Below are positions 49,986 to 59,065 of a DNA stretch of 64,000 nt, in pieces. The notes beneath the pieces are model-generated. The model was not told the DNA's origin and did no database searches. It saw only the letters and a program-made list of their open reading frames with translations. Source of the stretch: an uncultured bacterium (lineage in GTDB: Bacteria; Patescibacteriota; Patescibacteriia; UBA9570; XYC2-FULL-38-9); the NCBI GenBank assembly GCA_937996685.1, contig CALKUP010000015.1:7900-71899 (forward strand). Reading direction: 5' to 3'. Made by a program: the position numbers and the translations under genes. Within the stretch, counting starts at the first letter, position 1, and the number at the start of each line of letters is the position of its first letter.

Positions 49986-50972
49986 TTATTCTTGCACTAC
50001 TTTAATATAGTGACCTTTCGCCTGCTGTGCAAGAAACACTTCATTTGATGCTTCAAGACTTGGGTCAAGCTCCGAAATACGTTGCAATGATTTTGCGCCG
50101 CCGCTCTCGACCATCACAAACGGATCAACCAGTCGAATCTTCGGGCGAATGTGATAATCATAGTCTGTTGCATTCTCCTCAACAGCAACATGTTCCATAT
50201 CATGCAAATATTTTCGAATTTGCGGATTTTCACTGTGTCGCATTTTTTGATACACCTCTTCATCAGTCGTGAACAAATCTTCAAATGTAATCTCCCCTGT
50301 TTCTAAACCTTCTTTTAAGGCATTACTCAATAAATAATAGAGCGCTGCTTGCAACGGATGTGCCCACAACTTTTCATTCGCGCCGCGATACACCAATGCA
50401 AATTGCCGCGCCAAGTCGACTGTTTGAAATGCGATCTCACCTTGATAGACCGTCATATCTTCGACCATCTTCCGCGCGTCTCGCAAATCAAGCTGCTTGT
50501 CTGTCACGCAATCGCGAAAAAAATAATCGATTCTGTCAGCGCACAAATTCGGCAAACTACTTTCTGCTAAATGAAACGATTTTTTATCCAGCAACTTCCA
50601 AACAGATAATCCATGTCGCTTCAAAATTTGTGGGATATCTGAACTAAATAAAATCTTTTCATGAAATCGATCATGAAAAGTTTGTGACGCATCTTCGAAG
50701 ACAACGTCAGAGACATGTGAAAAGGCGGTGTGTGGCGTGTCATGCAATAACCCAGCAATTTGCTCGAGTAACGGTGCGCCCAGTTTCCGCAAAATGAAGT
50801 AGACACCAACACTGTGCTCAAATCGAGTGGTTGTAAGATGTGGGAAACGATAAAACGCTGCTCCGTATTGATTAATCTTCTTCAAGCGTTGCAGCGGCGC
50901 ACTTTCAAGCAACTCAATAATTACTGGTTCATCAATGGTGAAGCTTCCGTAAATCCGATCTGTATATTCCAT
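49986..50972 (-). CDS. HD-domain dNTP triphosphohydrolase-like protein
   Basis: QRL..I.Q, TRFEHS.G, LLHD..H..FSH, ADRIDY..RD. Confidence 0.88.
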   Translation of the reverse strand: MEYTDRIYGSFTIDEPVIIELLESAPLQRLKKINQYGAAFYRFPHLTTTRFEHSVGVYFILRKLGAPLLEQIAGLLHDTPHTAFSHVSDVVFEDASQTFHDRFHEKILFSSDIPQILKRHGLSVWKLLDKKSFHLAESSLPNLCADRIDYFFRDCVTDKQLDLRDARKMVEDMTVYQGEIAFQTVDLARQFALVYRGANEKLWAHPLQAALYYLLSNALKEGLETGEITFEDLFTTDEEVYQKMRHSENPQIRKYLHDMEHVAVEENATDYDYHIRPKIRLVDPFVMVESGGAKSLQRISELDPSLEASNEVFLAQQAKGHYIKVVQE

Positions 50973-51118
50973 AAAAACCATTCAATAATACCTCTATTTT
51001 ACTATAAAAATGGCCCTTCGTCAATAAAAAAAGGCCCCGAAACAGCAACGCGACGTTGTCTGCTATTCCGAGACCGTGGACGTGAGCCCTCCGCTGCACC
51101 CTCTTCGACGAAGCGCGG

Positions 51119-51496
51119 CTAGGCCGCTTCTGGCAGCTCCGGCGGATCTTCGTCTTCATCTGAGAAGTCCTCGCCGATCGTCCAGCCAAGTGACCCCAGG
51201 AACGCCTGGCACCACTTTCGAGCGGCGGCGCAGGTCAATGCGGCGGCGCCGGTTTTATCTCCTTCTGCCGGAAGGCGAAACACAACCTGGATGGAAATCC
51301 GTTCTCCTTCAGGTGAAATGATCCACAGTCCTGGCCCACCCGGTGACGACGGAGTAATAACAGCGTACGAAATGCCGTCAAGAACTCCTTCTGCGACCCG
51401 ATAGTGACGCAGGTGAACCAACTTCTCTCCATCATGCCAAGTGATCACCTGCGAAGAACGCGCACCCTGATATACATCGATTCGATTGGTCCCCAT
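51119..51496 (-). CDS. hypothetical protein, cassette G
   Basis: GGAG SD, TTGTCA-17-TAGGTT promoter, GC-rich, acidic tail. Confidence 0.65.
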   Translation of the reverse strand: MGTNRIDVYQGARSSQVITWHDGEKLVHLRHYRVAEGVLDGISYAVITPSSPGGPGLWIISPEGERISIQVVFRLPAEGDKTGAAALTCAAARKWCQAFLGSLGWTIGEDFSDEDEDPPELPEAA

Positions 51497-51602
51497 GACT
51501 CGTTTCTCCGTGCGTGAATGTGCATACTCTAACCTATCAAACGATGCGTCATTTGACAATCACCTATTGCACATAGTTTTCAGAGGTGTATACTAGCGCT
51601 AT

Positions 51603-52163
51603 ATGTCACTCGGGAAACTCGAACAACTGATCATGAACCACATTTGGGAGCACTACGCTGACACGCCTTTTACTGTCCGTGACGTGACAGCAACACTCAC
51701 CCGAGAATGCGGCACTGAATACGCCTACAACACGATTCTCACCGTTGTCACCCATTTATTTCAAAAGGAATTACTCCTTCGCCGCAAGATCGGCAAAACC
51801 TGCGTCTACCGAATAGCGGTTTCAAAAAACGACTACGTTGAATTGCTGAGCAAAAAAGTATTCACTGACATGAAAAAGCAATACGGTAAAATCGCTGTTG
51901 CCCATTTTGCCAATCTCGTTGATAGCCTTGATTCAAAAACACTGAAATCCGCACGCGACTATATCAAACAACATCAACTCGCTTTTTTTCTTGGACTTGC
52001 CAGCGCTCTCCTCTTTTTACAAACCCCTGTCCTGGCTGATGTTCGTGATTTCTTTTTTGTCGACTCCCAAGAAACCTGCACCGCCACTGCCGGACAATCC
52101 CACGAGGTTCAATCTCGTAATCTGAAACTACAAAGCCACGAAACTCCTGGGCGTTGTAGTTAA
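51603..52163 (+). CDS. BlaI/MecI/CopY-family repressor with C-terminal hydrophobic extension
   Basis: LGKLEQ.IM..IW, TVRDV, AYNTI.TV. Confidence 0.85.
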   Translation: MSLGKLEQLIMNHIWEHYADTPFTVRDVTATLTRECGTEYAYNTILTVVTHLFQKELLLRRKIGKTCVYRIAVSKNDYVELLSKKVFTDMKKQYGKIAVAHFANLVDSLDSKTLKSARDYIKQHQLAFFLGLASALLFLQTPVLADVRDFFFVDSQETCTATAGQSHEVQSRNLKLQSHETPGRCS

Positions 52164-52244
52164 CAAGACGCACGATTGTCTTGCACATATTTTCAAAATC
52201 AACTATCCTATATAGGTGATTAATTAAACAATATTTTATTTCGT

Positions 52245-53027
52245 ATGGAAGAACAAAAACCATCAATGCCGACACCACAAAAAGGTGAGAGCGTCTTCAG
52301 TGCGATGCCTCCAAAATTTGCATTCTGGGCTGGTATCGTTGCAGCAACTGCTGTGATCTCTTTAGTTGGATTCGGTATCATGCTCTACATCTTGTTGAGC
52401 GGAACTGAAATCGGCAGTAAAACAACAACGACTACAACGACAACAAACGCTGCTGCTGCAAACACAAATGCAGCCGCTGCCGCAGACCCAACACCGTCTG
52501 GTACAATCGATTCAAAAGATGTGCGCAACGTGACTGGAAAAGGTGATTTCACATTGTTGGAATTCTCTGATCTTGATTGCCCATTCTGTAAACAATTTCA
52601 CCCAACAGTGGAACAAGTCTTAAAAGACTATGACGGCAAAGTCAAAGTCGCTTTCATGCACTTCCCTCTCAGTATTCATCCAGGCGCGCAAGGAGCTGCT
52701 GAAGCTGCTGAATGCGCTGCGGAACAAGGAAAATTCTGGGAATTCATCAACGATCATTTCACTACACAGTCAACAAACATGACAGCAGATCAACATGCTG
52801 ATGCTGCAGAAAAACTTGGCATGAACAAAGACAAATTCAAAAAATGTCTTGCTGATGGAACTGGAAAAAGTCGAATCACTTCTGACGCTGCAATGGCGCA
52901 AAAGTTCGGCGCGCAAGGAACTCCATATTCTTTGATTCTTGATAAAAAAGGCAACATCGTTGGCAGTATCAACGGTGCACTCCCAATTGCTCAAGTAAAA
53001 GCAACATTGGACGGCTTAGTAAAATAA
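52245..53027 (+). CDS. membrane-anchored DsbA/BdbD thiol-disulfide oxidoreductase
   Basis: EFSDLDCPFC, HFPL, EQGKFW, GTP. Confidence 0.92.
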   Translation: MEEQKPSMPTPQKGESVFSAMPPKFAFWAGIVAATAVISLVGFGIMLYILLSGTEIGSKTTTTTTTTNAAAANTNAAAAADPTPSGTIDSKDVRNVTGKGDFTLLEFSDLDCPFCKQFHPTVEQVLKDYDGKVKVAFMHFPLSIHPGAQGAAEAAECAAEQGKFWEFINDHFTTQSTNMTADQHADAAEKLGMNKDKFKKCLADGTGKSRITSDAAMAQKFGAQGTPYSLILDKKGNIVGSINGALPIAQVKATLDGLVK

Positions 53028-53130
53028 GCAACCCTCGTTCAATACAGAAAAGCCCGGATCTTCCGGGTTTTTTGTTTGACAGTTTTGCGCCAGTCTGAAA
53101 AGATGCGCGCACAACCACAAGGGGTGTCCT

Positions 53131-53814
53131 TTGAACAATCCTGAAATCTCGTCCTCCCAGCCCAACACTCGCTTCCAGCGGTTCGCCGCCTGGTACAGCA
53201 ATGCGATCAACAAGCTGGTTCCGGCACACTGGTCACCGAACATGTTGACGTTGCCGCGTGTGCCGCTGGCCTATATCGCGATTGGATTCTTCTCGTTCGA
53301 CTACTTCATCGCGGCGTTCATCGCGGCCTGTCTGGTGGACGTCACGGACTTCGTCGATGGCATCATCGCCCGGTCGCGCAATCAAGTGACGACCTTCGGC
53401 AAGTTCTTCGACCCGATCGCTGATGCGCACGGTCGCTGGATCTTGTTTTTCGGTCTCTGGCATTACGCCGGAGTCGGACACGTCAGCATGATCCTCGGAA
53501 TCTTGTTCCGTGACATGGCGATCGCGTTTCTGCGCCAATACGCAGCGAGCACCAACACAGTTCTCGCAGCCCGAGACAGCGGTAAACTGAAGGCTGTTGT
53601 CCAGTGGATCTGCACAGATACCATGTTCGGCCTCATTGCGATCTACGGTACAGAGAACCCCATTGTCTGGCGCATTGTCACAACCTTGATGGGGATTTCA
53701 GCAGCCATTTCGCTGTGGTCGCTCGTTGAGTACACGACCGCTTACCGGTCACTGCTCTCAGACGGCTTCTGGGACCGGAAACCGCAAGACACCAACGAGA
53801 ACGGTCAGGTATAA
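53131..53814 (+). CDS. CDP-alcohol phosphatidyltransferase (PgsA-like), cassette H
   Basis: PN.LT..R, D..DG.IAR....T.FG...D..AD, GK.K; TTG start after AAGGGGTG. Confidence 0.88.
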   Translation: MNNPEISSSQPNTRFQRFAAWYSNAINKLVPAHWSPNMLTLPRVPLAYIAIGFFSFDYFIAAFIAACLVDVTDFVDGIIARSRNQVTTFGKFFDPIADAHGRWILFFGLWHYAGVGHVSMILGILFRDMAIAFLRQYAASTNTVLAARDSGKLKAVVQWICTDTMFGLIAIYGTENPIVWRIVTTLMGISAAISLWSLVEYTTAYRSLLSDGFWDRKPQDTNENGQV

Positions 53815-53967
53815 ATCGGCAACAAGCAGGGTGTGCCACAACAGCTGCCCGCCCGCCTATCGCCGATTTCCTTTTTCTATTACAACACACAATCTTCAAG
53901 TACCATTTCACCGCAAACAAAAAACCCGGAACATGTCCGGGCTTTTGTATCTATGTGATTGAAGCTA

Positions 53968-54798
53968 TTAGTCAACAGTTTCAACGTATTCGATCAGTGT
54001 ACCTGAACCCATGCCGAGTGCGTATGCTGCACTTTTACCTTGTTGCATGATTTCGAGGAATCGTTTTTCACCCATACCAGATGATCCGATTGTGAATGCC
54101 ACAGTGTTATCTGGGATATCCTTCAAACGGTTGTAGCATGGCAAACGAAGTTGTTTGTTTGGTCCAACACGGACAATTACATTCTTCCCAACTTCAAAGT
54201 TTACTTCTTCTGGCAAGATGTTTGTCTTCAAGTTACCGAATGAATCAACCCAACATACTGCATTTGGGATGAGTGGCACTTGTGTGAATGTATCTGTTTT
54301 TGGCAGTTGTTCACCAGCCATGATATGAGCCGCAAGTCGTGGCAAATAGTCAAAACTACGGAACTGCGTGTTAATAATGTGCTCTTGCTTTTCTGGACTC
54401 AATCCTTGCATGTGTGGCACAACAGATGGAATGTCATAAATATCAACAGTGATATCATGATCAAGCAACTTTTGCACAAGACTTAAGATATATCCATCAA
54501 TGGTTGTAAAAATATCCAATTCACCGATTCGGAAATGACCGAATGGAGTACCGTTTGGCCATTTTTTCGCATGACCTTCGCGACGAGCAACGTTTGCAAG
54601 GATAACGCCAGGAGCGCCATCATACGCATCAATCATATCAACTAAGTTGATTGCCGCTTCAATATCATCGCGGACACCAACAAACGTGATGTTGCTATCT
54701 TTAAAGAGAGTTGCAACACGTGATTTTAAACGACCTTGTGTATTATCATCTCGGCAATCCGAAATGTATACAACGGGGTGGGAGTAGTTTTCAACCAT
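53968..54798 (-). CDS. SAM hydroxide adenosyltransferase family (DUF62)
   Basis: ISD, QFRS, VDSFGN.KTN, GSSG...LEI, SAA..LG. Confidence 0.75.
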   Translation of the reverse strand: MVENYSHPVVYISDCRDDNTQGRLKSRVATLFKDSNITFVGVRDDIEAAINLVDMIDAYDGAPGVILANVARREGHAKKWPNGTPFGHFRIGELDIFTTIDGYILSLVQKLLDHDITVDIYDIPSVVPHMQGLSPEKQEHIINTQFRSFDYLPRLAAHIMAGEQLPKTDTFTQVPLIPNAVCWVDSFGNLKTNILPEEVNFEVGKNVIVRVGPNKQLRLPCYNRLKDIPDNTVAFTIGSSGMGEKRFLEIMQQGKSAAYALGMGSGTLIEYVETVD

Positions 54799-54943
54799 AG
54801 GATGAAAAAATGTTAAGTGTTAAGTTCTTTTAGGCACTAATGATAGCACAAAACAACTCTTTTTTCAAGTCCTGCCCCCAAAGCACTATAAAATCACAGG
54901 ATTTAATAAGAAAAGGGTCGAAACGCTTGAGGAGATCCGAAGA

Positions 54944-55030
54944 TCAATCTTCAAGCTGCTCAACCAACGCGGTCAACGCGGCGATTGCCGCCAGAACGAG
55001 CACAACCACTGCGGTCCGTACCAGATCCAT
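54944..55030 (-). CDS. 28-aa single-TM peptide, cassette I
   Basis: MDLVRTAVVVLVLAAIAALTALVEQLED*; GGAGGTGA SD; TTGCTT-17-TAGGGT promoter; below ORF-track cutoff. Confidence 0.6.
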   Translation of the reverse strand: MDLVRTAVVVLVLAAIAALTALVEQLED

Positions 55031-55109
55031 GACTCACCTCCAATGTCACCCTACAGAACAATTGACGGAAAAGCAAGGATTATGTATAGTATTCGAGCTA
55101 GATTGATTT

Positions 55110-55184
55110 GCTCGCATCGTCTAATGGTTAGGACACCAGGTTTTCATCCTGGCAATCGGGGTTCGATTCCCCGTGCGAGTACCA
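55110..55184 (+). tRNA. tRNA-Glu(TTC), CCA encoded
   Basis: GCTCGCATCGTCTAATGGTTAGGAC..TTTTCAT..GGTTCGATTCC..TGCGAGTACCA. Confidence 0.95.
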
Positions 55185-55318
55185 AAGAGAAAAGTCGTCC
55201 TCCTGGGCGGCTTTTTCTTTTGCTTTCTTGCAAAGGGGAATCGACGATTCACCAGCTTGTGCCCCGGAGGGGTATGCGAGTACCAAAGAGAAAAGTCGTC
55301 CTGCTGGGCGGCTTTTTT
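55174..55318 (+). repeat. direct repeat (about 43 bp) of tRNA-Glu 3' end plus terminator
   Basis: TGCGAGTACCAAAGAGAAAAGTCGTCCT(C/G)CTGGGCGGCTTTTT at 55174 and 55275. Confidence 0.92.
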
Positions 55319-55374
55319 GTTGCGCACATTTCAAAAAATCAGTATAATTGAGCGGATAGAAAAAATACAAACCT

Positions 55375-55956
55375 ATGTCCGCAGTTGAAGAATTCGCCCG
55401 TAAAATGGAAGAGCTTGATGCTCAAGAAGTCCAATATACAGAAGACTTTTTTCGACGTGAGTTCGGCGGTCTCGACACACCGTTTCATCCAAATGCTGAA
55501 TCTGACACCGCAGACCTCATTCGTGACACCGGCGCTCACCTCCCAAAGACCAATATGGCGCCAAGTTACTCTGGAAAAGACATTGATGAAACCTGGCTCA
55601 CAGAAGACGCTGTTTCCTATGAAGGAGAGCTCGCAGTCGACGTTTTTCACACAGAAACAGAACTGATTATTACCTCAACAGTTGCTGGCGTCCGCAAAGA
55701 AGACCTTGATATTGATATGAATGGCGACATGATCACGATCCGCGGCATCCGACGTCCACAATTTGCTCATATCCCAGAAGATGACTTTTTTGTCCGCGAA
55801 TGCTATTGGGGCGGCTTTTCTCGCAGTATTATCTTGCCGATTGATATTCAGTATGATAAGGTCCGCGCAACACTAGAAAACGGCATTTTAACGATTGCGC
55901 TGCCGAAGGCAACACACTCAAAAAACGGGAAAATCGCCATTGAAGAAGTGTCTTAA
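55375..55956 (+). CDS. Hsp20/alpha-crystallin small heat-shock protein
   Basis: VDVF.T, AGV.KED, EC.WG.FSRSI.LP, NG.L.I.LPK. Confidence 0.93.
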   Translation: MSAVEEFARKMEELDAQEVQYTEDFFRREFGGLDTPFHPNAESDTADLIRDTGAHLPKTNMAPSYSGKDIDETWLTEDAVSYEGELAVDVFHTETELIITSTVAGVRKEDLDIDMNGDMITIRGIRRPQFAHIPEDDFFVRECYWGGFSRSIILPIDIQYDKVRATLENGILTIALPKATHSKNGKIAIEEVS

Positions 55957-55984
55957 ATTACACAAGCATATATCTCCATTATAT

Positions 55985-56188
55985 ATGATGGGAACCTCAC
56001 AACGCGTTCGCGTTACTGCCATAGATGAAAACAACATCACTGTAGAAACACCTGATGGCGCTGTGTTTTCATGGCCACGAAAAAATGCCGCCAGTGAATT
56101 ACTGCCTGTTGCTGTAAATGACGAACTTGTCCTCACTCTTACCTCTTCTGACAACCTCTTAAACGATTTACTGACCAAACATGAATAA
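55985..56188 (+). CDS. small hypothetical protein
   Basis: Fits operon between hsp20 and vanW-like gene. Confidence 0.55.
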   Translation: MMGTSQRVRVTAIDENNITVETPDGAVFSWPRKNAASELLPVAVNDELVLTLTSSDNLLNDLLTKHE

Positions 56189-58220
56189 CGAAAAACCGCA
56201 TGCGCACCATGGCGCGGCACAGCATACACACGAGCATCATGAAACCGCTCATGCGCAACATGATACACCGGAAGTAACGACACATCATCACACGTCAACA
56301 CAAAAAAAACATCATACACTCAAACGAATTACCATTGTTTTCGCTGTTGTTCTTTTTGCACTACTCCTTGCAGCTGGAGCACTCGCAGCAACCATTCTTG
56401 GCGTCTACAAAGACACTGTTCTCCCCCGCACAGCCCTTGGCTCAATTGATCTTTCTGGAAAAACACTCGACGGCGCAACAGAAACCTTTACCGCTTCAGC
56501 TGATCTTATTGAACAACAAGGACTCAGCTTGCGCGTCAACGACGATCAAATCACAATCCCCGGCACCATTACCGCGGAAGATGCCGGCGGCACAGACTTG
56601 GTATTATTTGATATTGATGCCCAAAAATCAGTAGAAGAACTATTCGCTATTGGACACACCGGCTCTCCATGGGAAAGACTACAATCCGGCGTTTTACATA
56701 TTCTCTTCCCACAACATACACCAATTCATATCACCGTTGATCGAGAACAAATCACGGCTTTTCTTGATTCAGCGCTCGCAAAATATGAAGTTGCCCCAGA
56801 AAATGCAACGATTGCTATTGAGGACGGAAAAAACCTCAACATTACTCCGGAGAAAAACGGCAAAACAATCAACCGCACAACCATTATTGATCAAATCACT
56901 GATCGCCTGTACGAACTGAACCAAGACCAAATTGATGTCACCATTGAAACCGCCGTTCCTGCGCTCACTGCAAAAGATATTCAAACTCATGAAGCTGACA
57001 TTCTTGGACTCTTGCAACACACTCCGCTGCAATTGACCTATGAAGACAAAACATGGGACTTCGATGCGTCGAGTGTTGGCAGCTGGCTTATGTACACAAA
57101 AGACGGCGCATCAATAAACACTGACGCACTACGCAAAAGTCTTGATGACAAAAAACTGGATATTGAAGTTGCGCCAAAAGAAGGTAAATGGAAAGTTGAA
57201 GCCACTGACAACAAGGTCACTGCCATCACTCCGTTATCAGATGCTGTGGTTGGAAAAAAGATCGACACTGACGCGCTTGCAACAAAAATTATTCCTGCGC
57301 TAGAAAATGCAACAGACGACACTCCACGCATTGCACTCTCCCTCATTGAAGAACAACCAAAATTTGGGAACACTGACGCAAAGGAATTGCCTGTGAAAGA
57401 ATTACTCGGGACCGGACATTCAAATATGACTGGCAGCCCATATAATCGCCAACTGAATATTCGTCGCGGTGCTGATTTATTAAATGGTCTTGTCATCGCT
57501 CAAGGTGAAGAATTTTCACTCCTTGAAGCACTGAAACCGTTTAGCGAAGGCAATGGGTATCACGCTGAACTCGTCATTAAAGGGAATGAAACATTGCCGG
57601 AAATTGGCGGCGGGCTGTGCCAAGTCGGGACAACGACTTTCCGTGCTGCAATGAACGCCGGGCTTGATATCACACGACGTCAAAACCATAGCTATGCTGT
57701 CTCCTATTATTCAGATGACCGCAACGGCTTGCCTGGAACAGACGCAACGATTTATGACCCAGCTCCCGACTTTCGGTTTATCAATGACACATCGGGACCC
57801 ATTATTATTCAAACACGCATTGAAGGCACACACTTATACTTTGATTTCTGGGGCAATTCGGATGGTCGCAAAGGCGAATTTTCTGCACCGACAATTTCCG
57901 GCTGGATTCAACCACCGCCAGTCAAAGAAGTAGAAACTGACACGCTCCCAGAAGGCGGTCGGAAATGTACAGAAACTGCACATCCTGGAACAACAGCCTC
58001 TTTCAAATACACTGTCACAAAAGCTGACGGAACAACCCACGAAGAAACATTCACCTCTGTCTATAAACCATGGCAAGCTGTCTGTCTCGTCGGCAAGAAA
58101 AAAGCAGCACCAGCGCCAGCTGCTCCTGCCAAAACTGAAACAAAGAAAGACACGAAAAAGGATACGAAGAAGACTGACAAAAAAACCAATTCAAATTCAA
58201 GCACGAGTACAAAACAATAA
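56181..58220 (+). CDS. VanW-family protein with PG-binding repeats, His-rich N-terminus
   Basis: NR..NI, GGGLCQV.TT, R.NHS, G.DAT, D.RF.N. Confidence 0.9.
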   Translation: MNNEKPHAHHGAAQHTHEHHETAHAQHDTPEVTTHHHTSTQKKHHTLKRITIVFAVVLFALLLAAGALAATILGVYKDTVLPRTALGSIDLSGKTLDGATETFTASADLIEQQGLSLRVNDDQITIPGTITAEDAGGTDLVLFDIDAQKSVEELFAIGHTGSPWERLQSGVLHILFPQHTPIHITVDREQITAFLDSALAKYEVAPENATIAIEDGKNLNITPEKNGKTINRTTIIDQITDRLYELNQDQIDVTIETAVPALTAKDIQTHEADILGLLQHTPLQLTYEDKTWDFDASSVGSWLMYTKDGASINTDALRKSLDDKKLDIEVAPKEGKWKVEATDNKVTAITPLSDAVVGKKIDTDALATKIIPALENATDDTPRIALSLIEEQPKFGNTDAKELPVKELLGTGHSNMTGSPYNRQLNIRRGADLLNGLVIAQGEEFSLLEALKPFSEGNGYHAELVIKGNETLPEIGGGLCQVGTTTFRAAMNAGLDITRRQNHSYAVSYYSDDRNGLPGTDATIYDPAPDFRFINDTSGPIIIQTRIEGTHLYFDFWGNSDGRKGEFSAPTISGWIQPPPVKEVETDTLPEGGRKCTETAHPGTTASFKYTVTKADGTTHEETFTSVYKPWQAVCLVGKKKAAPAPAAPAKTETKKDTKKDTKKTDKKTNSNSSTSTKQ

Positions 58221-58283
58221 TAAAAAAGCTCCGATATATTCGGAGCTTTTTCTTGTGCGAGTCTCTTGTCTGTCAAACAAACG

Positions 58284-58985
58284 CTAATCAATAGCGAGTG
58301 ATCGCAATACTTTTGCTGACATGCCGTTACTCACGGCGTTCAACTGTGTGTTGAATTTTTTGTCCACTCGAACTGGATTTTCACCGTCTTCAATATTTGT
58401 TGGAACATAGTACATTTTTCCATGATCATCGCTCACGAGAACAAAATATCCTTTATAGGCTTGCTGAATTGCTTTTGCTACTGCCACTTCTTGCTTAGAT
58501 CCACCGCGACCAAACAACTGCACAAATTGTGCTTTCGTAATCATCCTCACTCCAGAGTTGCGTCCACGTGCCATTGCAAGCGCTGTTGCATCAGGACGTT
58601 TCGTTGATACTTTTTTCGCGAACCCTTCGTTCACGTAATAATAAGATTTCCCTACTTTGTACATGCCTTGTGTATACGTTTTACGCAATAGCCCAAACCC
58701 ATCACCAGTATTGACCGCATATAATTCACCACGTGAGTGCACTCGCATGACAATACTATTTTCATAGCGAGCAATAATTGGATCGCAGAACGCACCATTT
58801 GACACCTTCACCGCATTTTTTGGCGCATGATCATGATAACAATGCGCGGATTTCAATTCCGTGTATGTTTTTTCTGAAATCGCCACAGTGTTTACTGGTG
58901 GTGTAATTGTTGACGCAGACGCTGTAACAGGAAGAATCATTCCAACTGTCAGCCCTGTAAAAAGGATCGTTTTTGTAAAACGCAT
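58284..58985 (-). CDS. secreted basic protein with two ..HG..YYV repeats
   Basis: Signal peptide; VHSRGELYAV and SDDHGKMYYV. Confidence 0.7.
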   Translation of the reverse strand: MRFTKTILFTGLTVGMILPVTASASTITPPVNTVAISEKTYTELKSAHCYHDHAPKNAVKVSNGAFCDPIIARYENSIVMRVHSRGELYAVNTGDGFGLLRKTYTQGMYKVGKSYYYVNEGFAKKVSTKRPDATALAMARGRNSGVRMITKAQFVQLFGRGGSKQEVAVAKAIQQAYKGYFVLVSDDHGKMYYVPTNIEDGENPVRVDKKFNTQLNAVSNGMSAKVLRSLAID

Positions 58986-59034
58986 ACTATACTGTTTTGA
59001 TGAATAAAATATGTACAGCTCTTGTACATCAGTG

Positions 59035-59062
59035 TAAACGACAAAACAGGGAAAATGTTACA
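59035..59062 (-). promoter_or_regulatory. ECF sigma-type promoter
   Basis: TGTAAC-16-CGTTTA, matching 60967..60994. Confidence 0.7.
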
Positions 59063-59065
59063 CCG

